From positions 1 through 50,840 of the forward strand of contig JBHGNT010000218.1 in NCBI GenBank assembly GCA_043228905.1: a DNA stretch of 50,840 nt, given 5' to 3'. The stretch is from Azolla caroliniana. Taxonomy: Eukaryota; Plantae; Polypodiophyta. This document shows positions 1 to 12,423 of this stretch, piece after piece; position 1 is the first letter of the stretch, and the number at the start of each line of letters is the position of its first letter. A program made the translations under genes and the position numbers. Under the pieces are notes generated by a model. That model did not search any database and was not told the origin of the DNA. It saw nothing but the letters and a program-made list of their open reading frames with translations.

Positions 1-36
1 AATAGTTATTTCATGCACCCTTGACGATGAGAAAAT

Positions 37-1175
37 TTATTTAGACATCTGTTTTAGCTTTGCTTGCATGACCATTGCTACCTGCTCTGCAGTATTGGCT
101 TTTTCATTTGCGAGCTAAAAAAAGCCAATTTAAGAACAATAAGAAAACCAAGGTAAAATACACATATTCACATAAAGAACACATGGAATAAATACCTCAA
201 CAAGCTTGTCATGGTTGGCCTTCAAAAAGCTTATTTTCTTGTCACAGTAACTTTTTGCAGCCTCCATGGTTTTCTGGAAGAGTATAAAGTGTCAATAGAA
301 TGAAGAAAAATTCAAGAAAAATACACTTGAAAAATGGAAGAAAGCAGAGTGATACCTCCACATAATATCCCGTGCCAACATCTATTAGAAGTTTGTCTAC
401 ATTTGTTATAGTACCCGGCACATACAAGGATGCAGTAAGAGGCACCAATAATTTCTTTCCTGCAAATATATTTATGAGATGAATAAACTATTACAGTTCG
501 GTTTATAATCAGGGTATATACACCCTAGCCCACAACATTTTTGGCAATGAAACATAGCACAACTTCTTCATACGAACATCATAAAACACGTGATATTAAT
601 ATAATCAGGAAAACCATAATTATCTTTGGCATGGCATAAACTAATACATTCTTGGTCACCTCAGCATATAAACGCAGACCTGACAGACTGTGCGTAGCCA
701 ACTCAAGAAACTCTTCATATGGACATCACAAGGCAGTATCTTGTCACATGAAACGTGTTCTTCTCCCATAACAAAATCATCACATTCATCCCATTATCTT
801 TTGCATAATGGTAATAATATGGTATTGCTCACAATGAAAAGAAAAATCTCAAAGAAATTGGTGTCACGCCGTGTCAGATTTGGAGCACCAAAACTTTAGA
901 GCACAGATGAGTTAAAAGAAACATACATACATGCGGAAACGGAGGGGAAAGAAAGAGAGGAAATATGAGTAGAGAGTCTTATTACCTGGAGGATTGGTGG
1001 AGAGAGTGTGCACAGATTTGGCTGCCGCTTCAAAGCGAGAGGTCGCAGTGCGGATGTTGGAGACACTGTCCTGGAGGAGGGAGAGCTCCGAGTCCACCTG
1101 TTCCTTCACCTGCCGGATCTGATCCAGGCTCATCTTCTCCACCTGCTGCTGCTGCTGCTCCTCAAGCGAAGCCAT
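37..1175 (-). CDS. PFD5: Prefoldin subunit 5 (alpha-type); 4 exons 1175-986, 459-356, 273-196, 114-37
   Basis: Spliced translation [37 protein letters not shown]...[12 protein letters not shown]...[35 protein letters not shown]...; canonical GT-AG introns keep frame. Confidence 0.95.
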
Positions 1176-1187
1176 CGGCAGAAACCA

Positions 1188-1211
1188 GAGAGAGAGAGAG
1201 AGAGAGAGAGA
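1188..1211. repeat. (GA)n microsatellite in PFD5 5' leader
   Basis: Direct reading, immediately upstream of the ATG. Confidence 0.9.
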
Positions 1212-1482
1212 CGAATGAAAGAAAGAGGAAGGGAACAGAAAGAACGGAGTACAAAGAAATGTAGAAAGAAACGAACAGTTCTGAGAAGACGAGGAGAGGA
1301 GAGAAGAGAAATAATACTTACGGGAATAAATATTGTCAAAGTTTTCAAAAAACTGGCAAAAGGGCCCCTCTCCCCCCCTTCTCTCCAAACATCCTCAGTT
1401 TTATGAAGCAAAATACGCCATCCATGGCCCCCCAAAACAAAGTTTTCCAGAAATTTACTAAGGCAGCTACTCTGGTAACGTA

Positions 1483-1675
1483 TGAAAACTAAGGATATGT
1501 TCGGTAGCGTTGGAAAACTTTGGGATGTCCTAGCAAATGCAAAACGATTCATTGTTATTCTTGGTTTGGAGGTTTTGGAAACTTAACAATGTTCCCATAA
1601 ATGCCCAAACAAATTCAGGGAAGTTTATGGTTTTGAGTGTTTGAAAACTTAAAGATGTTCCAGCAAATGGGCAAT
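1483..1675. repeat. Degenerate tandem repeat (GAAAACTT...GATGTTCC...AAATG)
   Basis: Motif recurs at about 1483, 1512, 1577 and 1643. Confidence 0.5.
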
Positions 1676-2233
1676 GACTTTCAATCTAGGTTTTTTAACT
1701 TTTATGTTTAGGGTTAATGGCAATATAGTTGCAAGAGTTTACATTTAGGATTTACTTTCAAGTTCAGAGATTAAATCATTTAGATTGAGATAATTTATTA
1801 TTTAAATAAAGATGTTGCTCAATGTTTACAGTGCTAACTCTTAAGGTTTACAATTTACAAAGTTTGCACTTCCACAATTTTTAAGCCCTCATTTTCAAAT
1901 GTAAAGGTTAATACTTAGTTTGGAGTGTTACTGGTTGAAGGTTCTGGCACATAGGATAGATGATTTCGAAGTTAAGCTACAGTCATAGTGAAGCACAAAA
2001 GCATGCATGAAATCAGAAACTATTTTACCAATCAATTATCGTCATATTTCCAAAGTAGAGATATTGAGAATTGGTGCTCACTGTTTGGAAGGTCAAGCAC
2101 TTCGAAAAAAGAATTTTATGCATGAGAGGATATATTCTGATTTACTAACTACAAAATGACAATTAATCTGCTCAGTTAAATCAACAGGAAAATGCCATAA
2201 ACAAAACTTTCGTGGACATTATGATATAGACTG

Positions 2234-5200
2234 TTAAGCATCAAATAGACTCGTCAACACTGATGAGGATTCAGATTGAACAGTTAATTCTTCATGATCT
2301 AACGGCTCTCCATCCAACCAATCTGTGGTGGATTTCTTTGATTTCCGCATTTCAGCAACCATTTCCGGTGACTCAGAGCAAGCAACTCTTTGTGTTTGCT
2401 TTGATGGCCGCTCTGCGACCACAAATTTAGGTCCATCTCGTTGCCTCTCATCAAATCCCGCCCATACTGTCAAAAAACAAGTTTGCATTGATACATATTT
2501 AGCTAGCAAGTGAAAGTACATCCAACTATGTATATTGATCAAATACTTCGTAGAAGCAAAAAATCTGAAGGGCCAAAGCTGGCCTATGAGACAAAACATG
2601 TATGATGTACATGAGTTTTTGTTCTCTGAGAATCCAGAACAAAATCACATGACAAGATAACAACAGTTAAGGAAACAACGCAACAAACCAATATGTTAAA
2701 AGTCTACTGGAGGCTGAAACAGCCTATGAGATAAACCATCGACACAAGGCCCATTATCTTATTTAGTATCTAAAAGAGAGAAGCAAGGGAAAGAATGTAC
2801 ATAAAGAGAAAGACAGAACAAATATATGAGCTAATGCCATTAAGAGACCAAATTAATGGCCTATGAGACTGAATAAGATATTACATACTAATTCAATATA
2901 ATATAATTCAATAATAACCAACAAGAGATTACATCTAGAAATGTTGTCTCATATCTTGGACAACAAGGGGACAGACAGAAAACCGACAGACAGAGATGGC
3001 ATCTTTGAAACGTCCATGGGACTAGGATTGTGATCTATAGGACAGGGTCAAACCCATGTGAACATTGAACTTGGGTTCTCTAAGTTTAATCTCATCCATA
3101 CAAAATGCAGGAGAGAGAAAGAGATCATGATGATGATGATCCATAAAATATAAAAAGCTCATTGAGGTAAACTGAAACTAAGTTTTTAACAAGCAAAAAA
3201 GCTACTCTTCTAGTGAACACGATGATCAGAGAAGCTATGTCATATAAGATACAACAAAAAATGCCAGTCATCCTAAAAATGCCAGTCATCCTAGTGCGTC
3301 ACATTATAGACATGAAAAAGATAGATGGATACACCCATGTGTCAACTGCCAATATTAGTATACCCACCATAATAGTCTGCGTATAATTCGAATTTTAAAA
3401 TCTTTCAAATTCCTAACAATAAAGGCGTAAATAGAGATTGTTAACCTGCAAAATGGTGCAGAACAATGGAGGCAGCAACAGTGACGTTCAGTGATGCTGT
3501 TCCACCTCCGTATTGTGCTATATAGATAAATGAATCACAAATAGCCATTTCCTTGTCAGAAAGACCTGTTCCCTGCAACCGTCATTATGAGTCCCTAGAT
3601 GTATGAGAGAACACAAACCTGTGAGAATAATTAGATCCATGTCTTTATATTTTCAATCCACTATCTAAGCAGGCAATGAGAAAGTGAATAAGATCTAGAG
3701 AAAACTCTGAAATACCGCTACATTTTTAATTTATTTCTCCAAATTACCCTTGTCAATCTCCAGAAAAGAAATACAGGAGATGCATTGAGAATATAATTGC
3801 TCAAATACCACATACAGTTGGGAAAACAGGGACAATTTGACAGTATGATTAGTCAAGACGACAACATAATTGCTTGAATGGGGTTGAATAAAGAAAAACT
3901 TGGGCATTCTGGAGTTTCTCCCGAAGATCTATAGCTTGTGCATCACAAAATATATACTCTTTGCCAGTATCAGAAGAAAAAAGGAACTTAAGACTTGAGG
4001 AGCTCAAAACAGAAAGATTCTACCTCATTTCCAAGCAGGAAAGCTGTACTGCAGGTAAATGGATGTGAATGAACAGGCTTCGCATTATCTTTGATTTCAA
4101 CTCCGATTATGTCACAAGATTTCTCCTGAGAAAAGGGCAGGTAAGGAAAAACAAAACGAAATTGCAAAACAATGAGAGCCACAAGAAATAGCTGTAAGGG
4201 GAAGCAGAAGGAACAAGGTGAAACAAAGCGAGAATAAATCAATAAATGAGAAGTATGATTACGTAGAGTGAGAAAGAAAGATATATTAACATCTTTTAAG
4301 ATGCCAGTATGGCCTATAAGACCAAACAAGAGATTACATCTTAAAGTGTTCTTTTGTCTTTGAGAACCACAAACCAAAATAAGTGTAACTAAATAGAATT
4401 ATAAGTGACTAAAGAATGTCATTTTTTTCACAAGTAAGATATTCACGTCACACGGATTGTAAGTTTTGTCTTCAAAAGAACTCTAGCATAGGTCAACCCA
4501 AAATGGAGAGATTACTGAAGCAAGGGAAGCACTACAATGGTGGGAAATAATGACCTTCATCTGTCAATGACAAGGGTGGCAAGATTGTGTTCACAAGGTT
4601 GGGGCCAATGTAGACGACAAATTTCTATTGATCGATCCATTTTACCCTTTTGTAAAGTGGTCGGGAGCTTGTAGCATGAGTGGGAGTGACATAAGTAGCA
4701 TGAGTGATCAACATGTAGCATGAGTGGGAGTGACATGGCTAAAGAAAACTGTGATTGTTCATTTTTAATGAGATTTTATATTTGTATTGTTGTCTTTCAA
4801 CAACTTCTCCTTGAGTCTCTAGAGTTCTATCAATCACAACGCCAAGCACCATTGGTCCTCATATTCTCCTTATCATGCAGGCAATCATTGAGAATAAAGG
4901 TCTCTCCAAATCCTTCCAGCTATTTTCCTTGTTAAGACTTGGTACCTAGGTTTCTACTCCATATAGAAAAAGGAATAAAAACGACTGAGATGATTTTACA
5001 AGCAAAGAGCATTTGTGGTGCCATTGTCAATCATTTTGTCATTGAAAATCATGTCTGATGTCATTATATGCAAGGTATTCATAAGAGACATGTTCTTCTA
5101 TTTCTAGTACATTGAGACAACATAAGTCACATATTCTTTCCATGTTCAATATTCAGCCAACCCCCAATTTCGACTTCAAATGTCCGTGAGCCTATGAGAA

Positions 5201-5733
5201 TCAGTGTGATGCCACCACATCTCTCACTTGGGCAACGGTGTCCAGATATGAGCTTGGCCTTGGTAAACTGCCCTTTGGTAAGTTATCCAATATTGATTAT
5301 TAATGTGGCAGAAATACTATTCAAACTTGGCTCTATGTTCAGTTGTTCTCCATTTCATGCAAAAGGCTTCCAATGTGGCTGAATGAAAACATGAACTTAT
5401 GTTCTCCTGTCCCTTTCTTTTACTCTACACGCATGTCCACATATTCTTTGACATACCCAACTACTTGCAAAAACGGCTAAATTGACATATGTCAACTCCA
5501 AGGTATTTGGAAACTGTAAAACCACTTCAACTGCCCCCCTCTTCATAGCGTACAGCCAACCAGATGCCCAGTTTCAGATGTGGCGGTGATTATCACCATG
5601 ACAGGAGTGAGTGAGTGTTTGTTTACCATGTGCTATAACACAAAAGATGAAAACAGTCTTTGAAGAGATGAAGAAAAAGAGAATTATTAGGATGTCAAAT
5701 TTTCATTTTGAAGATGCTGCTCATGAAGAAAAA

Positions 5734-5764
<31 letters not shown>

Positions 5765-6042
5765 CATATTAAGGGAAAGTAGAGATATAACATGGTAGAG
5801 ATTATTACCTTAAGGTAGGATCGAGCATCGAGGAGGGAGAAGAAGTGGCGGAAGCGGAGGAAGGGAGCGGAGCCATGGCTGCCGAAGGCGTTGAAATCCT
5901 TGTGCTTCCCAACAAGAATCATTTCCGACACGCCAAATGCACTGGCACTCCTCACAAGCGTCCCCACGTTATGCCGCTTTGCAACGTTATACACGATCAC
6001 AAAGCTCTCAATGTGCCCACCACCACCACCACCATGGCTCAT
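2234..6042 (-). CDS. tRNA/rRNA methyltransferase, SpoU/TrmH (SPOUT) family; exons 6042-5809, 4125-4024, 3572-3446, 2466-2234
   Basis: NVAKRHNVGTLVRSASAFG, TAFLLGNEG.GLS, CDSFIYIAQYGGGTASLNVTVAASIVLHHFA and WAGFDER are SpoU motifs; GT-AG introns in frame. Confidence 0.93.
2565..2945 (-). mobile_element. Cluster of short LINE 3'-end relics in SpoU intron 3
   Basis: GGCCAAAGCTGGCCTATGAGAC (about 2571), GGCTGAAACAGCCTATGAGAT (about 2712), GACCAAATTAATGGCCTATGAGAC (about 2846) and AACAAGAGATTACATCT (about 2920) resemble 4271-4350 and 6294-6360. Confidence 0.55.
4271..5400 (-). mobile_element. Decayed RTEX-like LINE in SpoU intron 1, with 3' terminus at 4271-4350
   Basis: Minus translation LYGVET*VPSLNKENSWKDLERPLFSMIACMIR (about 4870-4970) aligns with LMYASVVWAPGL..WTQLERPLVVML of the 6519-7994 ORF; same hairpin and (TTTC)n end. 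Confidence 0.65.
5738..5764. repeat. (GA)n microsatellite
   Basis: Direct reading, SpoU intron 1. Confidence 0.9.
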
Positions 6043-6045
6043 CTC

Positions 6046-6293
6046 CGTCTCTGTCTCTCTGTCTCTCTGTCTCTGTCTCTCTCACTCCCTGGACCGTCAC
6101 CAGTACACAGTGCTTACTCACTGAGGTGTATAAGCTATGAGTACGCTTGTCTGTCTGTCTGTATGTTTTGTATGTGCACACTGCATTGTATGTACATATT
6201 GGTATGTATGTATACTGTGAGAGGTTACATATGTATACAGACTTACAGTATAACAGTATGTCAGTATATGTACATATATGTATGTGTATGTGT
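6046..6293. repeat. (TCTCTG)n followed by a degenerate TG/TA-rich microsatellite upstream of SpoU
   Basis: Direct reading. Confidence 0.8.
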
Positions 6294-8015
6294 AGAAAGA
6301 AAGAAAGAAAGAAAGATATATTAACGTCTTCTAAGGCCAAAATTGGCCCATGAGACAAATGGTGTACAACAAAAATGGGATATTTACCCATTCATCGAAA
6401 GTAAAAATAAAAATAAGATAAAATAGAGTTTAAGCTAAATAGTTCTAAGAAAACAACAAACATGTTCTATATAAAAAACATGTTCTACAATAAGAATGAT
6501 TCTATACTAGGCCTAATTTCATTTCCATCCAAGTCTCTCGAAGAGAAGCGGGGGGTCAAAGGGTTGCCATGATGTGGATGTGGCCCGTGGTCCCCATGTA
6601 AGAGGTACCCCAACCATAGCTTCGAGTCGACGTAGCTCACGTTCCCTTATCTTCTTAATCTTTTCTACTCCACGTTGACTTGTGTTGAAGCCCAACATCC
6701 GAGGACGTTTGGTTGCTCTTTGTATTTCTGCTTCCTCAAGGGAGAGGCCGAGCGGCATAAGTGTATCCACATTCATCGTCTCCCCATGTTCCTGAAAAAT
6801 TACACTAGGTACATGTTGATGAGTAGTAAAAGGGTTATGATTAACACTTTGTAATTTATCCTCCCTATGTTGTTTTAGCTCTAAGATATACCTACCTAGT
6901 CTCTTTACACTCGGGGTATCTAATAGTTTGGAGAGGGTGGGAGAGGGTCCTAGTATGTCTTGGTATTCCGCCCGTATCTCGGCATAAGTTGGGCACTTGC
7001 ATGTGAAGTGATACTCATCCTCTATCTCTATGTGGCATAACCTACATAGCCTTTCCTCTCTAGGGACTCTATTAGCTCGACCATTCTCAATCTCAAGTTT
7101 GTGAGATGATATCCTAAGTTGTCCAATGGCCACCCTTAGTGCATTTGATAAGAAAGTATCTAGGTATCTTGGTCGTGTAATAAACCCTAACTTAGAGAAG
7201 TGCAAGAAGTGTTCCTTATAGTACACCATTTTAGATGGGAGTGGCTCTCGTGGGGTGATCCATTTGTATCGAGTGTAGATTTGCCATATTTCTTGGCGTA
7301 TCACTTTATTACGATCTTCACGAGAGATTAAAGTTTGATCAGTCCCATGGTTGTACTTAAGGGGAGGTAGGTTATTAATGTCTATGCCATTTGCAAATAA
7401 CCAACTCACCACAATGCTATACCAAGAGTTGGTGTCTCCAGACACATGTAAGGATCGGGATGCCTCAAAGGCTCGACGGGATATCCTATCTTGTGGTTGA
7501 CTATGTATCCGATGAATAAAAGCTACCACTTGAAAGAGTGCTTCTACTAACATCGGGGGTAGGCTAAACTCCGCTCTAATAATGTCATGTGGTACTGTCG
7601 ATTTGCTTCGGAGTTGACGTGATAACATCACCACTAAAGGTCTCTCCAATTGCGTCCACATGAAAGATGGTAGACCTGGAGCCCATACTACTGATGCATA
7701 CATGAGGGACGGGGTCACTAATGAGTCGAAAAGCCATCCCTTAGTCCGTGGCTCTTGAAAGTATGCTTGGTGGCATTGTCTCTCTAAGAGTGAGAGGGAT
7801 GCATATCCTCTCGTTAGCCTATCTTTGGCTGCCTGGGTCATCGAGAATTTACCTGAGCGAGCACTAAAAGTGACTCCCAAGTATACATAAGATCCCACCA
7901 CCTCAACTAGTTTATGAGAGAGGATGAGGTGACATTTACTCCTAACTCTGGACGATGTATGAAAGATAAGGACTTTAGTTTTCGCTAGATTCACTACCAG
8001 TCCTCGTTGTGTACA
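6294..8015 (-). mobile_element. 5'-truncated non-LTR retrotransposon (RTEX-like LINE): RT C-terminus, zinc knuckle, 3' UTR and (TTTC)n tail; ORF 6519-7994 uninterrupted
   Basis: GLVVNLAKTKVLIF and YVYLGVTF (RT subdomains 6-7/thumb); LRISSHKLEIENGR..PREERLCRLCHIEIEDEYHFTCKCPTY; tail TTAATATATC(TTTC)5. Clade assignment is from motif recall, not a search. Confidence 0.88.
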
Positions 8016-8100
8016 ACACTTTAAGATGTAATGTCTTGTTTGGTCTTATAGGCCATTTTGGCCTCTTAAAAGACACTTAAATATATCTCTTTCTTTCTCT
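8015..8100 (+). mobile_element. Inverted LINE 3' terminus (hairpin plus TTTC tail)
   Basis: Near-identical to the reverse complement of 4271-4350. Confidence 0.8.
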
Positions 8101-8333
8101 ACGGTGCACACAAGTACGTATGTCTCGTACTCGTAAGTGGATGTGGGCAATCTATCATCAACAAGGTGTTCCTTATCCCGCTTACTTTGATTTATATCAG
8201 CTCAAAGATATTTTCCTTATCATTTGCACCGGTGCCTTGTGTGTGCATGCGTGTGTGTAGATAGGCCTACCCTAGTTGAATGACATTAATCTATTGTTCA
8301 TACATACATATCTTATCTGGTCATTGAACTCCA

Positions 8334-8336
<3 letters not shown>

Positions 8337-8368
<32 letters not shown>
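8337..8368. repeat. (TG)n microsatellite
   Basis: Direct reading. Confidence 0.95.
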
Positions 8369-8372
<4 letters not shown>

Positions 8373-9616
8373 ACACATTCAAGATACTTCAATAGTGTAT
8401 TCATTGATTTATTTGTATCTTGGTAACAGTATGCAACAATGTGGGTACTAGAATTTGGTTCTAGGGGTTGGCTTCTCGTTTTGTAACAAGATCCAATCAC
8501 AAATTCACGATGTGGGTAATCATCAATAACAAGTGTGTGTGGATAGGAGACCTAAGCCCAAGGAAGTAGTTTATAGATTTCTACTACCTACAACACCGAC
8601 AAGCCAACAATCACTACCAACAACACTCAAAATGACACATCAACAAAACAAAATCATGAGTAGGCTTCAATAATGACTTGCGGGTACATGTATCGGCTTG
8701 CAACAAGAAAATGAATTGAAATAGATATTGTATAAACTCAAATCATGTACTAGTCACCATCTCAATAATTTATGGATGGTATTTAAAACACCAAAAAACG
8801 TTGAAACCATATGAAGTCTAAAGAGTTGTTTCTCTTGTTGCACAAAGTTATCTCTTGTTGGAACACTTTCGCTTAATGACACAACCATAAACTATTTTTT
8901 CATCTACATATATATTTGAGATCTTTCAGAATTTAAAGGATCCTAGAGACAAAATAGATTGGTGTGTGTAATATCAAGCAAGGCTTAAACTATTGTGGCA
9001 ATGCTTTGCACTCTATCAAAGGTCTTAAATAATACGCCAAACATCCCCCCCATGTCATTAATTTCTTCAACATCCAAAATACTATAAGTGTCATTAAGAA
9101 GTATACTATAACAAGTACAATCTATCTCCTATACAATCAATCAAAATTCCATTAGTGACTTAAAAGTTACAATAACATCTTCCACAATGAGCTCATGTGA
9201 ATTCTTTAGAATTGAGGCGTGTGCAAACAAATATTTTAACATGCAAGTAAGAAGACAATTTCCTAATAACTATAATTTCTTCGACTACAATGAGTGTAAT
9301 GTGTATAGAACAAGCGTTGCTATGTTCATCTTTAGAATAATTAATAAACTTACTCAGACCTCACCAAATTGAGAACAGTCCCTAACAAACAACGCCACCC
9401 ATTAATAGAATTTCTATTAAACTAGGTAATTGAAAAGAGAGCTAACTAAAAAAGAAATATTATTCTGTGCTCAGCTTGAGGAAGGATCTCCATTCAACCT
9501 AAGAACTGAAGTAAACAGAAAGAGCTGGATCGCTTCCATTACTTTTGACGTGCATTAAGAGTCAGAACCTTGGCGAAAAGACCATTCTACTAACAAGTTG
9601 CAATTTCCATTACTAG

Positions 9617-12360
9617 TTACAAAGAGTCAAGCCAGGAGTCGAAGTCATCATCCAGGTTTAATGGAGGATTAACAGAACTCAAAACATTACCATCAAACGA
9701 TGACATCTCTACTCGAACATGCTCTTTACTGATTACAGTGTTATCTGCCTTTTGAGTACTCTTTGTAATTAAGAACATATTATTTTCCAGTGATGATGGT
9801 TCAGCTCGAAAAGATTCCATTGATTGCTCAAGAATCCCATCAGCTGCATCAACATTGACCATTGTTAGAGGTGTTTCATCTTGCCAAACATCAGGTTCAG
9901 CGACCTTATATGCTACAGTTCCGGTGGCTTTATACATACGAGATTCAATAGGTTTATATGCTTTAGATTCAATTGGTTTATGTCGTATTGATGTTGAAGC
10001 TTCCTTGAAAGAATGGCTATCAAGCATGTCAAGAAGGGCATCAAGTTCTGCTTCTGCCGCTTCAGGTTTGAATACTTCATCTCTCTTTGATTTTAGTTCA
10101 AGAGTCTGTTCAAATACTTCATCATTCTTCGCTTCTACTTCAAGATTCTTTTCTTGGTATGGTGTGAGGGGCTTCCAAGAAACCATTGATTCGTCTCTTT
10201 CAAAAGGTTCCAGTATCTCTTTATAAAATGATAAACCTGCACCACCATCTTGTACATGTTCTTCAAGATAAGGTGATGCCGTAGTGGGGACATTTGATGA
10301 TGTTGCCATTTGTTCAGCCACATTCTCATCAATATTTGTATAACCTGTAGATTTGAGAATCCTGTTTTCCTTGGTCTTTGCCTCATCAATTGACTCAGCC
10401 TCGTTAATTGAATCATGCTGATCAGTCTCAACATCCCTCTGAAATAAACCTAAGGATCTTAGCATTGGTAATATGCTTCCCACATTCCAAAATTAACATA
10501 GCAGTGAAATTTGAACTTTTCTACTTTCAATTCATAATCTATGCTAAGTTATTCATCAACTCACACTAATAAAATTTAACTATCAAAATCTGACTTTTAC
10601 CCTTGTAAATTCTAGTTGTGTAGCTGCCTACAATTAAAACACTAGATGAAAATGTTATCGAATTTTAAAGAGTGAGATTGATTATTCGTGGCATTGGAAT
10701 AGGTTAAAAAACAATTACTTTGTACCATTCTGGGAATTATTGCAAACCGAAATACCACTTTTATGATTTTCCCTATATTATAATGCTTTCAAAATGATTA
10801 ACTTCTCTGAATAAACAGTTGAATTCAATGGACACCTCACCTCTTCTACAGGAATGAACTTTGGATCAATGCAGAGCCTTTCAGCAATATTCACTTTTGC
10901 AAGCTCTTCGTCCAAAAGTTTCAAATCTAGCGAGAAAAATGCATCCTGCAACATCATGCACAAAAAGCAATAGTCAAGTGAATAGCTTCTATATTATGAA
11001 CATACATAGAGCCTCAAAAAGACCATAGCTACTGAGTCATCTATAAACTTAGGGTTTCAATTTACATAGAATATTAGTAAGCTCTTACACACCATACCAC
11101 AGCAGTGAGCTGGCAAACACAAATAGATGGTTCAAACTCTAGTTTTATTGACTTCCTGTATGCACATAACAGTATGCTTAATAGAAATAAGTTGAACCTT
11201 AATGAATCAATAGTGCCACAAACATGGCCGAAGTATGGTGGTTTCATGATATTTAAAAGGATACTGACCCTTTTATATACTATGGCTACCCATAAACCAA
11301 TGGGTCAATGTGTTGCCTTATTGACTCTTTAAGGTTGCTTTTATGCCTAGAGCATTATACTTAAGAAACGAAGATCAGCACCTCGCCATCAAATATTCCA
11401 TCTCTGCTCCAGATATTATCTGCAATAGACCCACTATTTAAAATATCCAACCCCCTTGATTGCATCAATCTCCTCCGCGCATTTGCCATTTCTGTATGCA
11501 CCCATAACACCTTTGACTCAAAGGGCAGAAAAAACAGAGCATCTCTTAACCTTACATTTAAACATTTGACGACAATTACTGTCAATTGCAAGCAAATACC
11601 ATCTCTTTTTCAAAATAAATTATATGCAACAATGCAGAAGCACCAAACATTCAATTCATTTTCTAAAAGAAACATGAATGCAATTTTCTTTCTTGCCAGG
11701 AGATTGGTAATTCATTTCAATTTCTCTAGCAAAATTCAAATACATGCCTTTTCTTTTGATTGTAATGAAAACTGAAGATAAAAAGGAAAAACAGAAAAAT
11801 GGAATTTCTCCATTAGCACTATTTCATTCCTGGACAAACATAAAGTGGAATTTCCATTTTTAAACCTAACACAAACTTACAATAAACTATCTTCTTCTGT
11901 ATCCTAGATTAAACCTAAAATGAAAATTTTTGACTAAAATTTCCTTTTTTATTTATGCTAAAGCACAGTTAAAATAAATTTCCGTTTAGGCTCATAATCC
12001 CATGAAACGTAAGATTAAACACATGGTTATACCTTAAATAATCATACCAGGGGATTGATAAATAGATTTCTCCGCAAGAAGATCCCGGTAATTTGCTCCC
12101 TTACTTTTCACAGCAATAGAATCATGAAAGCGAGGATCGATCTCTTCTTCTTCTTCATACCGACTCCAGTTAGAAGGGAGGCTTGAATGTTTGCCATCAG
12201 AATGATGTGATACATCAGCAGACTGTGTATGTGCAGAAGAAGAAGAAGAAGAAGGAAGAGGATCCACAACAACAGGTTTCTTCTTGCTGTGAGTGGAATG
12301 ACGAGCCTTCCCTCGCTGAGAGGAGGCATGCTTTGCTCTGGCTGAAGCTTTCATGTCCAT
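9617..12360 (-). CDS. CER16: ECERIFERUM16-like (AVEN-related) protein; exons 12360-12048, 11491-11382, 10945-10841, 10438-9617
   Basis: MDMKASARAK.., LPSNWSRYEEEE, KSKGANYRDLL, AAEAELDALLD and C-terminal DDDFDSWLDSL; exon lengths 313+110+105+822 keep frame. Confidence 0.8.
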
Positions 12361-12415
12361 CGCGAACTCTCCCTCTCTGTTTCGGTCTCTGTCTCTGTCT
12401 GTCTCTGCCTCTGAT

Positions 12416-12423
12416 AAACCCTA
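12416..12423. promoter_or_regulatory. Telobox (AAACCCTA) next to a CT-rich repeat, about 55 bp upstream of the CER16-like ATG
   Basis: Exact motif match in the typical proximal position. Confidence 0.5.

Noticed and set aside
965-1552. Overlapping ORFs of 99-158 aa around PFD5 exon 1 (similarly at 5845-6391 and 44898-45991)
   Set aside because: They are antisense or alternative-frame shadows extended by stop-free microsatellites and low-complexity DNA.
8480-9400. Possible LTR remnant (also 20900-21330)
   Set aside because: No paired LTR, PBS or TSD could be identified.
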